Below, in pieces: positions 28,611 to 43,101 of a stretch of 64,000 nucleotides of DNA (position 1 is its first letter; every line of letters starts with the position of its first letter). The notes beneath the pieces were generated by a model. It saw only the letters and a program-made list of their open reading frames with translations. It searched no databases and was not told the DNA's origin. This DNA is from Eledone cirrhosa. Lineage: Eukaryota. Both the position numbers and the translations under genes were made by a program. Location of the stretch: the NCBI GenBank assembly GCA_964016885.1, contig OZ024746.1:53258001-53322000 (forward strand). Direction: 5' to 3'.

Positions 28611-29254
28611 ACACTCACACATACATACTCATACTGGATTGAGTTAGCAGCCTGAATGTGTTTTTTTCTTGCAGGGCTATACAGAAAGTTGTATGTGTGT
28701 GTGTGTGAGTATATATCTACACACACACACACACATATACATTCATATACACATGTTAATGTATATGTATATATGTGTCTGTGTGAATAGATATATATGT
28801 ATGTATGTATATATGTGTGTATGCACCTGTCTTTGCTCATACCTGGACCTCTGCATCCTGGGTGTTTACTCTGAGATACTGTTACCAAAGTGGGATGGTG
28901 AGGGAAGAGAGAGATAGACATAATTAGGGGGAGGAGAAGGGGACAAAATTTGGCAGATCTCTTGTTGCCAAATAATAGTAACAGCAGTAGTAGTAGCAGT
29001 AGTAGTAGTAGTAGAAATAGACTCTGGTCTCATATAGTGGTCAAGTGACCCTTTCAGCTCCCAGACAGCTTGGAAGGGCTTTTATCTGAAAAGAAATGTC
29101 CTTGAAGAGGTCAATATTTCGGAACTAGCAATTTCTAATGTTTTTATCTATTATTAGTATTATCATAATTATTAATATTCTATTTCTATTTGTCTGTCTA
29201 TATATGTATTTTAATGTTATGCAAGTCTCAATGGAGGTAGAGAATTTGTAAATA

Positions 29255-29311
29255 AAATGTTTGAAGAGAAGCTGGACACATTTGTCCAACATTGAAACAT
29301 ATGTAGCATTT
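29255..29311 (+). ncRNA. Type I hammerhead motif with a C3->T core change
   Basis: AAATGT-TTGAAGA-gaagc-TGGACA-catt-TGTCCA-acatt-GAAA-CATATG-TA-GCATTT. Stems I and II present, palindromic stem III, GUA site. Confidence 0.6.
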
Positions 29312-30878
29312 AAATTTGTAAATCTTGGACTATATTAAAACACATTACAACTCTTCTCACAACATTGAATTCTCTTTATATCTTTAGATAGTCTAACTGC
29401 AATGTCTATATATAAATGTATGTATTCATGCGCTGGTCTAACTCTAATATAAATCTAATGTTCTATATATATATCTAATGTTCTATCTATTTATATTTAT
29501 TTGTTGGACTATCACTAAAGTTTGTTACCTGTCTATTTGTGTGTCTAGATATAAGAAACCTTGTCCGTTACCCTAAAATCTATTGTAATAGATAGCCGAT
29601 TGTCCTTCAGGAAGAGTTGTAAATATGAACAGGAATGTCTGCTCTATTGGTTAGCTGGATGTTAAATTCCAGTGCTTAGCCCTGTTTCATGACATGAAGC
29701 AGATGAGATACAGATATACCCCTGGCTATGATAAGTTGTCACAAGTGAGGTATCTATGTTTACATTGAAACATTGAAGGTAGAATAGTGCTCTGTACAGA
29801 AGCATTTTAAAAAGATCTACTGTAGATTTGAACTCATGTCCTACCACATAGGATTGCTTTTAAGACTGCAATATGAATGCATTAGGAAACGAAAAAGGCT
29901 GTGTTGAAGCCCATTCACACTTTCTATTATTATAACAGAACCATCTCTTCTATTCAAGATGGGTTCACAGAAAAAAATACACCCTTTGTTTCCAAATTAG
30001 TACCACACAACAGTTCAGCCCTTGTTTCTATATTAAGGTCACAACAATATATCTTTAGTTTCTAAACTAGGGCCATACAACACAAGAGGCCTTGTCTTCA
30101 GATCAGGGACACAACAGTACAGGCCTTGTTTCCAAGTTATAGTGACAACAGTATATCTTGTCTCTAACCTAAGGTCTCAATACAGGCTTTACATTCAAGC
30201 CAGGTTCTCATAACAATATAGCTGTTAACAAACAAACAGCTACTGCAATTCTATTTGAGAGAAGTTCAACAAGGTTGTAATCCAAACGATCTCTTTACAT
30301 GACTAGGTGTAAGTATGTATTCTTTCAGTAAACTTAATTCATAACTTTAGCATCCTGTCCTACATGAATCTGCATTAGTAAGACATTCTTAAAAAGTACA
30401 AAACAGTACTATGACTGTATCACATTAAAATCTTTAATACTACAAATTGAGAAGAATCTGCTCAGTAAAGATACTATAAAAAAGAGAATGAGCAAACCTA
30501 TTCTTAGATATTTTCTGCTAAATCAGTACAGGAGGTTAAGAGTTAATATAACAAATAATATAAATATATAAATGGTCTGACAATAGCGAAGCTCAACTTG
30601 AGCCAAATAAAATAACATTTTAAACCTAAGCTGGTCAGAGCAGTTCGAGGTGTAAAGGGAACTTCACACCAATTGAGCTATACTGTGGCCACCCAAGAAT
30701 CAATAAAATACCAGGGAAGTACAAGATTTGAGTTTTAGTTTCTTCTCTCTCATGAAATTAGCTGTGAGCTAGTAGAGGAGTGGTAGCACTATCTTATCTG
30801 GATTTCATATCTTTGTGTTGTTGATTTTAAACATCTAAACAATATATATATATATATATATTCCCTAGTAGATATAGA

Positions 30879-30944
<66 letters not shown>

Positions 30945-31296
30945 AGGTTATCTATATAAAATATAAATATATTAAAAATAATAAAAAAAGCAAAAGACAA
31001 ACAGCAACAGAGTTTTTTTTAAATAAAATCAACAAAGAAATTGTGTGTGTATGTATATATAATATATACACATATATGTGGTTTCCTTGTATGGCTACAT
31101 GTAGTATAATGAGTGAAACCAGTAAAAGATAAAATATTTCTTTTTTTTTTTTTTTTATTTTTTGTTTACCATTTAAAGTGGGAAGGTAGCACATATAACT
31201 ATTTCTACCCCATAAAGGATTCTAAGACTGATGGGAAGAAGTTGTCCACAAACTGGAAACCTAGCCTGAGTGCTTGCAGAGTGAAATCCTCTACAG

Positions 31297-31513
31297 CAGG
31301 CATGTCAAACAGAGGGTCCCCCAAGGGCCACATGTGTTGTCTGAGGGCCACACATGACAACTAATTGCACACATTACAACTAATTTTTAAAATTTTATAT
31401 TACAAAGATAAAACATGTCCATGCTGTAAAAATCTTTGTGCGGGCCGCAGGTATGCTTTTAAAGGGCCACATGTGGCTCACGAGCCACATGTTGCCCTTT
31501 AAAAGCATACCTG
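31297..31513. mobile_element. hAT-type MITE
   Basis: CAGGCATG...CATACCTG termini with 8-bp TSD CTCTACAG/CTCTATAG. Confidence 0.75.
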
Positions 31514-33099
31514 CTCTATAGGCACCTAAAGATGATATAGAGGTGTTAAGCCAGGTGATGGATTAAGCCTATCTCCTAAGAATTCAGAAGTTACCCCTCT
31601 AGCATTCACATTACTCTATATTTACTACTGTATTTTCATGGTATAGGCTTTATCATACATAATATCGAATCTATGAGATTTTGATATTTATTTTGAGAAC
31701 AATACCTTAACATCAGTATGAGGGACCAGTTATGACTGGTTTGAACAGAGTGAGGTGAGAGAATTCTGGTCGGATATGGGTAGTTTAAATGTTAAAGGGT
31801 TTAAAGAGCCTGGAACAAATAATGCAACACATCTCTTCCAACACTATAATAGTTCTGCCTATTCAGTATTCCAGGCTGGTACTTGTTTTATCAACCCCGA
31901 AATAATGAAAGTAAATATAACCTTGAAGTGTTTTGAACTCAGAACATAAAGAACATATGTATAATACATATATAATACATATAAATTATGTGTATATTTA
32001 TATATATTTAAAGTGGTAACTAATTATTGCCATCACTTAAGATGAACCAGCTGATAACATTAAGCAAATAAATAGTATCTGATTGATAGAAATTACCCAT
32101 GATTATAATAAGTAGATTTAGTGTGTATATTAAAATATATTTAATGTTATGTATGGTGTATTTATATTAAGATAAAATCGAAGCATATATATTTTTATAG
32201 CATATTTTTCCAGTTTAAAATTAAAAAGGACAGAAAGTATAGAATTCAATAAAAATAAAACAAAACAAATATATAATAAATTGTAAACCAACAGAAAAAA
32301 AACCACACCAGCAACAAAATAAATAGATAAGCCAAAAGGTATGAGAAGGATTAAGTTGTTATGGAAATGGATTTGTTATATAATAACAGATATATATATA
32401 TATTGAACCCATTTCTATTTTTGGAAGAGCTACTCTGATTTGAACACTATGTTAAGAGTATAACTTACCCAAAAGCACCCCTGATTCTGGAACACAAAGC
32501 CTTCCATTTTAACCATTCTGATATCAAACCATGTCTAACTGCTCCTGGTCCTACATTACTAAGCTGTTTATTTTAAAAGTATTTGTTTATATTTATTTAA
32601 AAATTTCCCTTCATAATTTTATGTAAAAATATTTATGTTCCCAACACTAGCTTAATAAGGGGAAAGTTAGTTACATTACTAAATCTGTCTAAATTCTAAA
32701 TTATTTTCAGAAATTATTCGAAAATCATAGGCAGTGACTTTCATTAGAAATATGGGAATGAAATGGTTAAATGGTTTTTATTTAAATTAAAATATTCCAA
32801 AATAATTTGATGTAAGAAACTTTTATGCTACAAACACCATTTTAATAATGAAATAATAATTGTTTCTACTTTTGGCACAAGGCCAGCAATTATTCCAGTG
32901 CATTACTGGTGCTTTGTCTTTCATCCTTTTGGGGTTGCTAAAATAAAGTTAACCTCGGCGAATTTGAACTCAGACAATAAAGGATCATAACTATGCTGCA
33001 AAGCATGGCATTCGACTCTCTACTGATACTGCCACGAAATAATAGTGTTAGTCAATCCCTCCAAATCCTTCATTAATTTATTTTAAATACATTTCTTTT

Positions 33100-33370
33100 A
33101 AAATATGAAATGAATAAATGAGGTTGTGTAGGTGTCACAACAACAAAAAAACATACAGTCCACGCTGTAATCTGGCCGTGTAGGTAACACGGTAAAAACC
33201 TCCCAGTCCACACTGTAAACGTGGTTGGTGTTAGGAAGGACATCCAGCCGTAGAAAACCTGCCAGACAGTCCCATACGAGCGAGATGACCAATCTTGCCT
33301 CTAGTGGGACAATTCCTGTCTAAACCCATGCTAAAGATAGACGTTAAACGATGATGATGATGATGATGAT
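33100..33370 (+). mobile_element. SINE-related repeat with (GAT)n tail
   Basis: Near-identical inverted copy at 35097-35350. Further copies at 53005-53268, 19550-19770 and 56020-56398. Confidence 0.7.
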
Positions 33371-36300
33371 GAATGGGTTGATATGGAACTCAACATTTCT
33401 AACAATCACAGAGTCTGGTATTTAAATTATTAACCTCAGAAGGAGTACAAGATTAAGCTGTCCTTGTTGGGATTTGAACTCAGAGTAAGAAGTCAGTAAC
33501 TAAATACCAAGGTCATTTTGTTGATTCTCTACTGGTTCGGCAAATACAGAAATAATAATGGATGTTTCAAGCATAAGTAAAAGGCCAGAAATCGGCAGAA
33601 GCAGGGAAGGAAGGCAGAGAGAATAAAGTAGAAAGAGAAGGAGAGATAGGCAGAGAATAAATAAATAAAGATAGATAGATAGCTATGTTTCTTTATTAGC
33701 CACAGGGGCACAAAAGAAGGGGAGATAGATAGATAGATAGATAGGTAGGTAGAAGCAGAGAGATAATGAAAGTAGTGCCCTCAAGCAAAATCTTGTATGA
33801 TGCTAGCAATTTTGCTGTGACAAACAGCCTGGAGCTAGACTAATATTAGCTCTTGGAAGGGATAACATGGTTGGAAAGATTGAAGAGAAAAGGCAAAACT
33901 GGGTTAAATTACTATCACCATTTATACAACTACCACCATCATCATCATCATCATCATCAACATCAACATTCCTATCAACTTCAGCCATTACTATCACTAC
34001 CATCATCAACATCATCACCAACACCAACACCATCGTCACCATCAACACTCCTACCAACGTCAGCCATTACTACCACTACCATCATCAACATCACATCACC
34101 AACACCAACATCATCATCATCATCATCATCAACACTCCTACCAACGTCAGCCATTACTACCACTACCATCATCATCACCACCATCCTCAGTCACAGCAAT
34201 CATCACCACCACCATAATATCACCACAGGCATCACCACCACCATCACCACAATATTACAATCATAATCACTATAACTACTTCCACCACCACCACTACCAT
34301 ATCATAATTTCTCTCATGACTACCTTTACTGTCATTACTGTTGTCATGACCATCATTGACAACATTACAACTTTCCCCAATGTAAACAGAAGAAAGAAAA
34401 AGTGAGTGTTAAGTCATTGACGTGGTTAGTTAGCAGTTTATAAAGAGAATTGATGAGGTAGAAAGTGAGAGAAAAAGACAATGTGGGAGAATAAAGGAAA
34501 GAGCAATGGGGTAGTGGAGGATGTAAAACATGAGAGTGAAATAAGGTATCAAAAAAAGGGAAGTATTACAGTAATTTTATACAACTATGCATACACACAG
34601 ATCCATGCAGATGTGGGTAAATTCACACATCTACACACACAAATATACATTGAAAAATATAGATTTGCATACATTTATATCATCATCACCATTTTATCTC
34701 CATTTTTTCCATGCTTGCATGGGTTAGACGAGTTGTCTTGTTGTGGGCAATGCAAGATCAGATGACCATGTCTTGTTCATACAGAACTGATTTTGGCTTA
34801 TATATATTTATCTAATTGAAAGAGTTGTTAGAATAGAAACACCCAGAACAAATATCCAATGTTCTGAGTTCAAATCCTGCAGAGGTCCATTTTCTTTCTA
34901 TTGAGGTTGATAAAGAAAGTACCAGCCATGTACTGGTGTAGCCCTCTTCCTCTCCAGAGATGACATTCTGGATGTTCCTCTAGATCAGAGGTTCTCAAAG
35001 TGGGCGCTACTGCCACCCTGGGGGTGTTGGGAAGGTTCAGGGGGTCACTGGGTCTGGTAGAGATGATATAATAGTATATTAAATATCAAATGATACATCA
35101 TCATCATCGTTTAACGTCTATCTTCCACACTAGCATGGGTTTAGACGGGAGTTGTCCCACTTGAGGCAAGATTGGTCATCTTGCTCGTATAGGACTGTCT
35201 GGCAGGTTTTCTACGGCTGGATGCCCTTCCTAACACCAACCACGTTTACAGTGTGGACTGGGAGGTTTTTACCGTGTTACCTACACGGCCACATTACAGC
35301 GTGGACTGTGTGTTTTTTTGCCGTGACACCTACATGACCTCATTTATTTAGGACTGGATATTGTGGTACCAACATAACATTACAGAGAAAGGGGTGGTGC
35401 TGATGGGGGTGGGAGGATAGATTAGTGGGATGGGGGTGTATATTTGGTTAAGAGGTGTCTACTGGCCGTAGGTTTCGCTTTATACATAGGCAAGGTGGGT
35501 CCATATATATATAAATATAGTAAAACAAAAATATTTATTTATACATAGTATAAATTACTATTTATTAAATATAGTATAAATTATTTATACATATATTATA
35601 TTATTCATTATATATAAAATTAATGTTTGGGGATCTCTGCTCTACATCTATGGAGAGAGAGGATGTCCATGACTGCATGGGACCCTAAAACCTTTGGTGA
35701 AAGCATGGTATATATCACCAATTCCTACTTGGTTGTGAGTGAAGACTGTAGTAGTTTTATATATATATATCTGCATGTGTGTGTGTATACACTAACTAAT
35801 ATATGTTTTCATACACGTGTATATATGCATGCATACACGTGTATATATGCATGCATACATGTGTATATATGCATGCATACGTGTGTATATATGCATGCAT
35901 ACGTGTGTATATATGCTTACATAAACATACTGTCTGTATTCAAGCATAGAATATGTGCAATGCACATGCTTGTGTGCACATGTGTAATTGGTGTGTGTGT
36001 GTGTGTGTGTGTGGAGGGAGTGGGGAAATCTGTGTGGACATGTGTGTGAGAGAAGAGGATAGAGAAAAAGTGAAAGAAGGGGATAAAGAGAGTAAGAGAT
36101 GGGGACTGAGAGAGAGAATAAAGAAAGTAAGAAAGATAGAGAAATGGGGGGAGGGGCTTGAGAAGGAGGGCATAAAAGTAAGAGAGAGAGAGATAGAGAT
36201 AGGGCTTGAGAGAGAGCATAAAAAAGTAAGAGAGAGAGATGGGATTGAGAAGGAGGATAAAGAGAGATGGGGTTTGAGAGGGAGGATAAAGAGAGTGAGA

Positions 36301-38683
36301 GAGAGAGAGAGAGATGGAGACTCAAAGGGGGATAAAGAGTAAAAGAGGAGAGATATTGGGTTTGAGAGGGAGGAGAAAGAGAGTGAGAGAGAGTGAGAGA
36401 GAGAGAGAGAGTAAGAGAGAGAGGGATGGGGGTTGAGAGGGAGGAAAAATAGTAAGAGAGGGAAAGATTGGGTTTGAGAGGGAGGGGAAAGAGTAAGAGA
36501 TAGAGAAAGATGGAGACTGAGATGGGGATATAAAGAGAGTAAAAGAGGTAGATAAGGTAATGATAATGTCAGTGAGAAGCCCCAACCAACTATATCACAT
36601 CCACCATCCCTTCCATCACCACCACCATCACCAACAACAACAATCCTTGCTCATCTAATCTTCCATCCTTTTTGCAAAGTCATTGAAATGAAACCCCAGC
36701 TGTGAGGTGAACTTGAACCAGCTCCTTCCTGTCTGCTAGGAAGTCTGATTGGATACCTTATTGATTCAGCTAGACTCACATATTAAGAAATTGTCATCAC
36801 CATCATCACCACCATTTACTGTCATCATCATCACCACCACCACCATTTACTGCCATTATCATCATCACCATCACCACCATTTACTGTCAACATCACCACC
36901 ACCATTTACTGCCATTATCATCATCACCATCACCACCATTTACTGTCAACATCACCACCACCATTTACTGCCATTATCATCACCACCACCATTTACTGCC
37001 ATTATCATCATCACCATCACCATCACCATCACCACCATTTACTGTCATCAACATCACCACCACCACCATTTACTGTCATCACAATAACACCATCACCATC
37101 AAGATCTTCATCACAAAACTACACCACAATCAATTTTGCAATACTTTACTCCACCACCACCACCACCATTCCACCATCATACTATTACCAATACCACCAT
37201 ACACCACCACACCATTGCCACTACCATCATAAACACACACCACTAATAGCACTACCATTATACACAAACACACCACCATACCACACCCTTACCACTACAC
37301 ATCACACCATTACCACTACCACCACCACCACCACACACAAACACACCACCACCACCACTGTCATACACTACAGCCACTACATAGTAATAGTGGCTGTAGT
37401 TGTGTAGTGTTAGTGTATTGCATCACAACACAGTAAAGTGTTATTATCTAGAAGGTAGCAGTAGGTGTTGTAGTGGTGCCTGCTGTTGTAGTTTCAGTTA
37501 TAGTGTGATCAACAGTACACACACACACACACAGGTAAGGAGGAGGGACAGTTGTAGTGATTACCATGGTAACGGTGGTAGTAGTGGTAGGAGTAGTGGT
37601 GGTGGTGGTGGTGGTGGTGTATTGCAGCCAAACATGTTTGAAACACAGCTTTTGTTGAAAATCCAGCAGTCTTTCTGCTTACATATAACTAGAGGCAGGA
37701 GCCCACCCTGCCTTACATTTAGTTAAGACAGGGATCCTACACTGACATACATATACACATAGCTAAAGGTAGAAAACCTTAAATTTCATATGTAAACACA
37801 CACACATACACACACATACATACACACAAATGTGAAATAATTGTGAATAAATATATGTAAAATTATGTGCAAAAAAGTATTTAAGTCCTATACAAACGTG
37901 TGTGCATATATGTATATATCCAGTGTATACATTGGATATATACATATATGAGTGTGTGTGTGTGTGTGTTTGTTTAGTTTTCAGTAGTTTAACAACTAGT
38001 GTTGGACATCTTAATAAAATACCCCCCACCCCCTCCCGCCATCATCACCACCACCATCACCTTGGGAAACCTAAAACAGTGGATTGGCATCAGATGAGAT
38101 GCTTTCTGATATTTCTTCTTTGACTCTTTACATTCTGAGTTCAAATCCCAATGTGACATATTTGGGTATTAACATAAGTATGAGTGACTGGTTACAGCTG
38201 GTTTGAACAGAAAGATGTGAGAGAATTCTGGCTGGTTATTGCCTAGTTTAATACCAGCACTTACCCCCATAGGTGTTGTGTTTAACCCTTTAACATTTAC
38301 ATTTCATTGATTATTGTATTTTCATGGTAAAGGCATAATATTGAATCTATGAGATATTGATATTTATTTTAAGAACAATAACCTAACATAAGTATGAGCA
38401 GCTGATTGTGGCCGGTTTGAAGAGAAAGAGGTGAGAAAATTCTAGCCGGATATGGCCAGTTTAAATGCTGAAGGGTTAAAGTTCACTCTGTTGCAAGTAT
38501 TTTGGCCATATCTTTGGCTTGAGCATACCTTCATCTCCCTCACTCTCACCACCCAGGAGAATCTGATTAAGGTCATGGGAACTGCCCTTCCCTCACTGGC
38601 CCCCAAAAAACAATCTATTTATAGTTGTGAATATCTCTTTAGTTAATATAGTTGTCACCTTTTACTTGCAATATCTTCATATT

Positions 38684-38756
38684 GACCACATGGCCTAATG
38701 GATAAGGCGTCTGACTTTGAATCAGAAGATTGCGAGTTCGAGTCTCGTTGTGGTCG
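38684..38756 (+). tRNA. tRNA-Arg(TCG)-type body with TTG anticodon; probable pseudogene or SINE head
   Basis: 73-nt cloverleaf: acceptor GACCACA/TGTGGTC, D stem GCCT/AGGC, anticodon stem TCTGA/TCAGA with loop CT-TTG-AA (38717-38719), T arm GCGAG-TTCGAGT-CTCGT. No oligo-T terminator follows; a SINE-like tail does. Confidence 0.8.
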
Positions 38757-39707
38757 CAGATGCATTCATTACAGGGGTGGTGCCCAAGCATGGCCTCAGC
38801 CGGGTGGCTGGAATAGGTAAAAGAGTATACTCAGGTAGAAATTAACATTTTATCCTCACCAAAAGACCTAAATGCTCAACTCTTTTGATACCAACTCATC
38901 TGAATATGTTTGTGTTAAAGCTCAAATTAAAAATAGGGCAACAAAATCATTAAATTGTATATACTTATTCAAAAGCTTTTCCTCAGAATTTTATGTAAGA
39001 TCATTTGTTAAGCTCCAAGCACCAGCTTAACACTTCAGCATTTAAACCGGCCATATCCAGCCAGAATTCTCTCACCTTTTTCTGTTTAAACTGGTCATAA
39101 CTGGTCACTCATACTGATGTTAAGGTATTGTTCTCAAAATAAATATAAAAATTCCATAGATTCAATAAGACGTGAGATAATTATTTGAAGGGTTAATAAT
39201 GAAAAAGATCATTTTCAAAGCTATTTAAACTTTAGGCAGTGTTTCACTTTGAAATACAGTCATGAAAGAGTTAGAAGCAAACCTAAAGTACATTGCTGAT
39301 AGTACACAAAAAAGGAGTGGGCACATAAATCTCCAAAGCCTAGAAACACTCATAGAACTGATAATTCCTCAACTGCTACCACTACAATCTTTCCCTACCA
39401 TTTCTCACTGCCAATGATGTACTAAGTTTATATTCTTCACTACAAAATCACCAGCTGTTACAGATTTATATGCCTGATCCCTAATCACAAAGGTTGTAGC
39501 CAAATTCTTTAAAATCCCTGAGCTCCCACCAACCAAATTACTTTTTCTTCAATGCATTGCTATGTTTTGATATTTTAGGAAAAAAGGATTGGTTTCTGAA
39601 CACTCGCAACAACACATTTTTCTTTTCTTAAAGTTTTTGACACACAAAAACAGAAGCAAGCGCACAAGAAAGATTCTAAAATGAAAAATTCCAAAAGTCC
39701 TACATAC

Positions 39708-39756
39708 CTCGATGTCTATTTGTGGTTTTATCAAACATAAGCATAGCATCTTCAAC
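39708..39756 (-). CDS. MSI: Musashi exon (RRM2 middle)
   Basis: 49 nt, phase 0-1. Translates VEDAMLMFDKTTNRHR+G. Pyrimidine tract with tttcAG acceptor and GTATGT donor. In frame with the previous exon. Confidence 0.97.
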
Positions 39757-40811
39757 CTGAAAGAGGAAAGAGAAACAGTATTTAGCCCTTTTGAAGATAA
39801 ACTGCCTGAAACTGCTTATGGTTCAATGATAGAAAACTGGTTATTATAAAGTGTTTATATTTATATAAAACTTTCTATTATAATTTTATGTAAGAACCTT
39901 TGTTTATTTATATTTCAAACACTGGATGAATAATGAGAAATCCCTTCAAATGCTTAATTATTTGAAACACACATGAAGGGTCTTGTTAAAATGGGGTAAT
40001 GGAAGGTATAATCCTTTCATTACCCTATTTTAAGAGAAACCACTCCTGGCTCTATGATTCAGTGAATTTTATTTAACCCTTTAGCATTTAAACAGGCTAT
40101 ATCTGGCCAGAACTCTCTCACCTTTTTCTGTTCAATTAAGTTAAGGTATTATTCTCAAAATAATATCAAAATCTCATAGATTTGATATTATGCAAGGTAA
40201 AAACCTTCATTGTGAAAATACAATAGTATATATATAGTTGTTTCTACTTTTGGCACAAGGCCAGCAAATACCCAGTGCATTACTGGTACTTTAATTTATC
40301 GACCCCGTAAGGATGAAAGGCAAAGTTAACCTCATGTAAATGCTAAAAGATTAAAAGCCTTCCATTAAAATTTTATCTAAGAACCTTCAATAAGTTACAC
40401 TCCAAGTCATAAGAAGCCAGCTGTAGTTTTTTACAGGTGTGAAAGGTAACAAGAGGTTCAGATGCTATTTTTTAACCTTATTGCTACCAAATTGTCCCAT
40501 ATTTTAGAATACTATCATTGTTTTAAAGAGTTTATCTCCTTATAATATATAACCAGCAATTTCTCTGTCTGTCTGTCCGACAGTGGAAACACGTGCGCGC
40601 GTGGTTGCTATCTCTCTCTCTCTCCAGCTATCCCTCTCTTTTAGTCTGTCTGTTTCTCTCACTCTCACTCTTTCTCTTTGTAACACACTAACATTCCTCC
40701 CCTCTATCGCTATGACGAATGGGGAGATGGAGGAGGAGGAGAGAGTCACTTCGTCACTTCACCTCTGCCTTTCTTTCTCTCCCCTCTCACTCCCTCATTA
40801 CGTACAGACAT

Positions 40812-41004
40812 TAGGGCGGTGGATTGGCAGAATCTGTAGAGAGTCGGACACCATGCTTCATAGCATGGAGTTACGTCCCTTTACGGTCTGAGTTCATCAA
40901 ATACCGCCGAGGTTAACTTTGCCTTTCATCCTCACGGGGTCGATAAAATAAAGTACCAGTAATGTACTGGGTAATTGCTGGCCTTGTGCCAAAAGTAGAA
41001 ACAA
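40812..41004 (+). mobile_element. Meta-like SINE nested in the Helitron
   Basis: Full-length match to the family. Confidence 0.75.
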
Positions 41005-41127
41005 TCATTAGAAACATTGCTTCATTTTTACATATCTAAGCATTAGTAAAATAACTAATAATTTCAAAAGTAATTTTTCAATTCCAATTGTTATGAACAG
41101 CAAAACATTAATAATAATTTTGTTCTA

Positions 41128-41350
41128 AGAAATATATATACATTTCTGTGTGTGTAATATATATATATATACACAGAAATATATATACATTTCTGTGTGT
41201 GTAATATATATATATATACACACACAGAAATATATATACATTTCTGTGTGTGTAATATATATATATACACACAGAAATATATATACATTTCTGTGTGTGT
41301 AATATATATATATATACACACAGAAATATATATACATTTCTGTGTGTGTA

Positions 41351-41381
<31 letters not shown>

Positions 41382-41400
41382 GAAATATATATACATTTCT
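41128..41400. repeat. Tandem array of ~48-bp palindromic units
   Basis: (ACACAGAAAT-ATATATAC-ATTTCTGTGT-GTGTAA(TA)n), about 6 units, inside the Helitron. Confidence 0.9.
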
Positions 41401-42257
41401 CTGTTTGACTGTCTGTCTGTCCTTCCCTAAAGCTCAAATGTAGGTGCTACAGAAATATTACCTTCCCCTTCCTTCCTCCACTTTGGTACTACCAAGAGAA
41501 ACACTGTCACTATAGAAACATTACCTTCCCCTCTCCACTGACTTTGGTCACTGAGGCCGGGAGGGGGGGAATTGCTGGTTGGATTTACACCGTGGGAATT
41601 ACACCTTGCACAAGCCAGAAGTAACCAGTTCGAGGCGGTTCTGACTTGACACCATGCCAAGGACCATTTGAAGATATATTTCCATTGTTATATCATAACG
41701 TTTATGTATCATAACGTTTATATTTCCGTCACTAATCTCTTTTTCTCCTTTTTCGTTTTAACATATATTTATTTCAAAGATTTCACCGTATAGATAACAT
41801 ATATATTTATACATGCATAAAAGACACACCGAGAGACGGTGAACATGTGGTGCCGAAAACATTTCTCATCCAAATCTCAACAATATCAGTATATACACTA
41901 GATTTGCTAGCAGAAAACCGCCCACCGGGTGGTTTTCTGCTAGTCTATATATCTAAAACAGAGAATGTCTGTCTGTCTGACTCGAGAACCACCCAACCGA
42001 TTGTTTTCAAACTTTACACATGTAATACTTATAGTCCTGTGAGTGTTTTGAGCAAAAGATATTTCAAATTTTCAATGCCCTAGGGACCGTATTAGACGAT
42101 TAAGTGATCTCTCTCTATAATTCTTAGTCTTTCTTTTTAGATAGATACTTAGATATAACGTTGCGCCCTTATAATATCTGTCTGTATGTCTGAGTGTCTG
42201 CATTACGACATTATGACGTCGCTATCTGTGTGCGTGTGTATATATATATGTATATAA

Positions 42258-42286
<29 letters not shown>

Positions 42287-42288
<2 letters not shown>

Positions 42289-42635
42289 CATCATCATCAT
42301 CATCATTTCATTTTACGTCCGCTTTTTCCCTGCTTGCAAGGGTGGGACGGGAACTGATTCTGGCTTGATTTCTACAGCTGGATGCCCTTCCTAACACCAA
42401 CCTCATTTACAGTGAGTGCTGGGTGCTTTTTTTGCCGTGGCACCTCCACGACCACTTTGCAGTGGAATGATAGGGACCCCAGTCCCTATCATCTCATTTC
42501 TACAGCTGAGTAAACTGGAGCAATGTGAAATAAAGTGTCTTGCTCAAGGAAACAACACATCACCCGGTCTGAGAATTGAACTCACAACCTTTCGATTGCA
42601 AGGCCAATGCTCTAACCACTAAGCCATGTGCCTCC
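42287..42635 (-). mobile_element. Young tRNA-derived SINE (CORE-like CCTTGAGCAAGACACTT, (ATG)n tail)
   Basis: A-box TGGCTTAGTGG and B-box GAGTTCAATTC. Near-identical copies at 46954-47293, 48541-48873 and 52235-52563. Confidence 0.85.
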
Positions 42636-42637
42636 AT

Positions 42638-42693
<56 letters not shown>

Positions 42694-42842
42694 TAAAAAA
42701 ATAATGAATAAAACAATGAAACAGTTCCTTATATTAAACAAAAAAAGTTCATTATTTAACGATCGTTTCTAGGATATATATGTGTTAGAATTGGCATGCA
42801 TATTCAACAGATCTATGTACAATATTATGTAGATTTATCTAC

Positions 42843-42873
<31 letters not shown>

Positions 42874-42876
<3 letters not shown>

Positions 42877-43070
42877 TTAATATAGATGAGATTCTACAGG
42901 ACTAGAACTGTTTCATTCATTAGAAATCATCAGGAATCATTCCTGATGATTTCTAATGAATGAAACAGTTCTAGTCCTGTAGAATCTCATCTATATTAAA
43001 ACTGTTATACTCTGCTATGTATTGAGTACCTTACTTACTGTGGTTACCTCCGATTCAACCCGGAATAACG
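42874..43070 (+). mobile_element. (TA)n-embedded palindromic hammerhead element, copy 1
   Basis: Perfect 64-bp arms (42874-43002) with a 1-nt spacer at 42938. HHR on + (42939-42985: ATTC-CTGATGA-TTTCTAATGAAT-GAAA-CAG-loop-CTG-TA-GAAT) and on - (42890-42938). Confidence 0.8.

Positions 43071-43101
<31 letters not shown>

Noticed and set aside
41128-41400. Palindromic repeats resembling a CRISPR array
   Set aside because: No unique spacers, no cas genes, and a eukaryotic intron context.
42752-42815. Possible decayed hammerheads here (minus: CTGTTGA...GAAACGATCGTT) and near 4858, 5062, 7065 and 48345
   Set aside because: Core or stems are incomplete; suggestive only and not counted.
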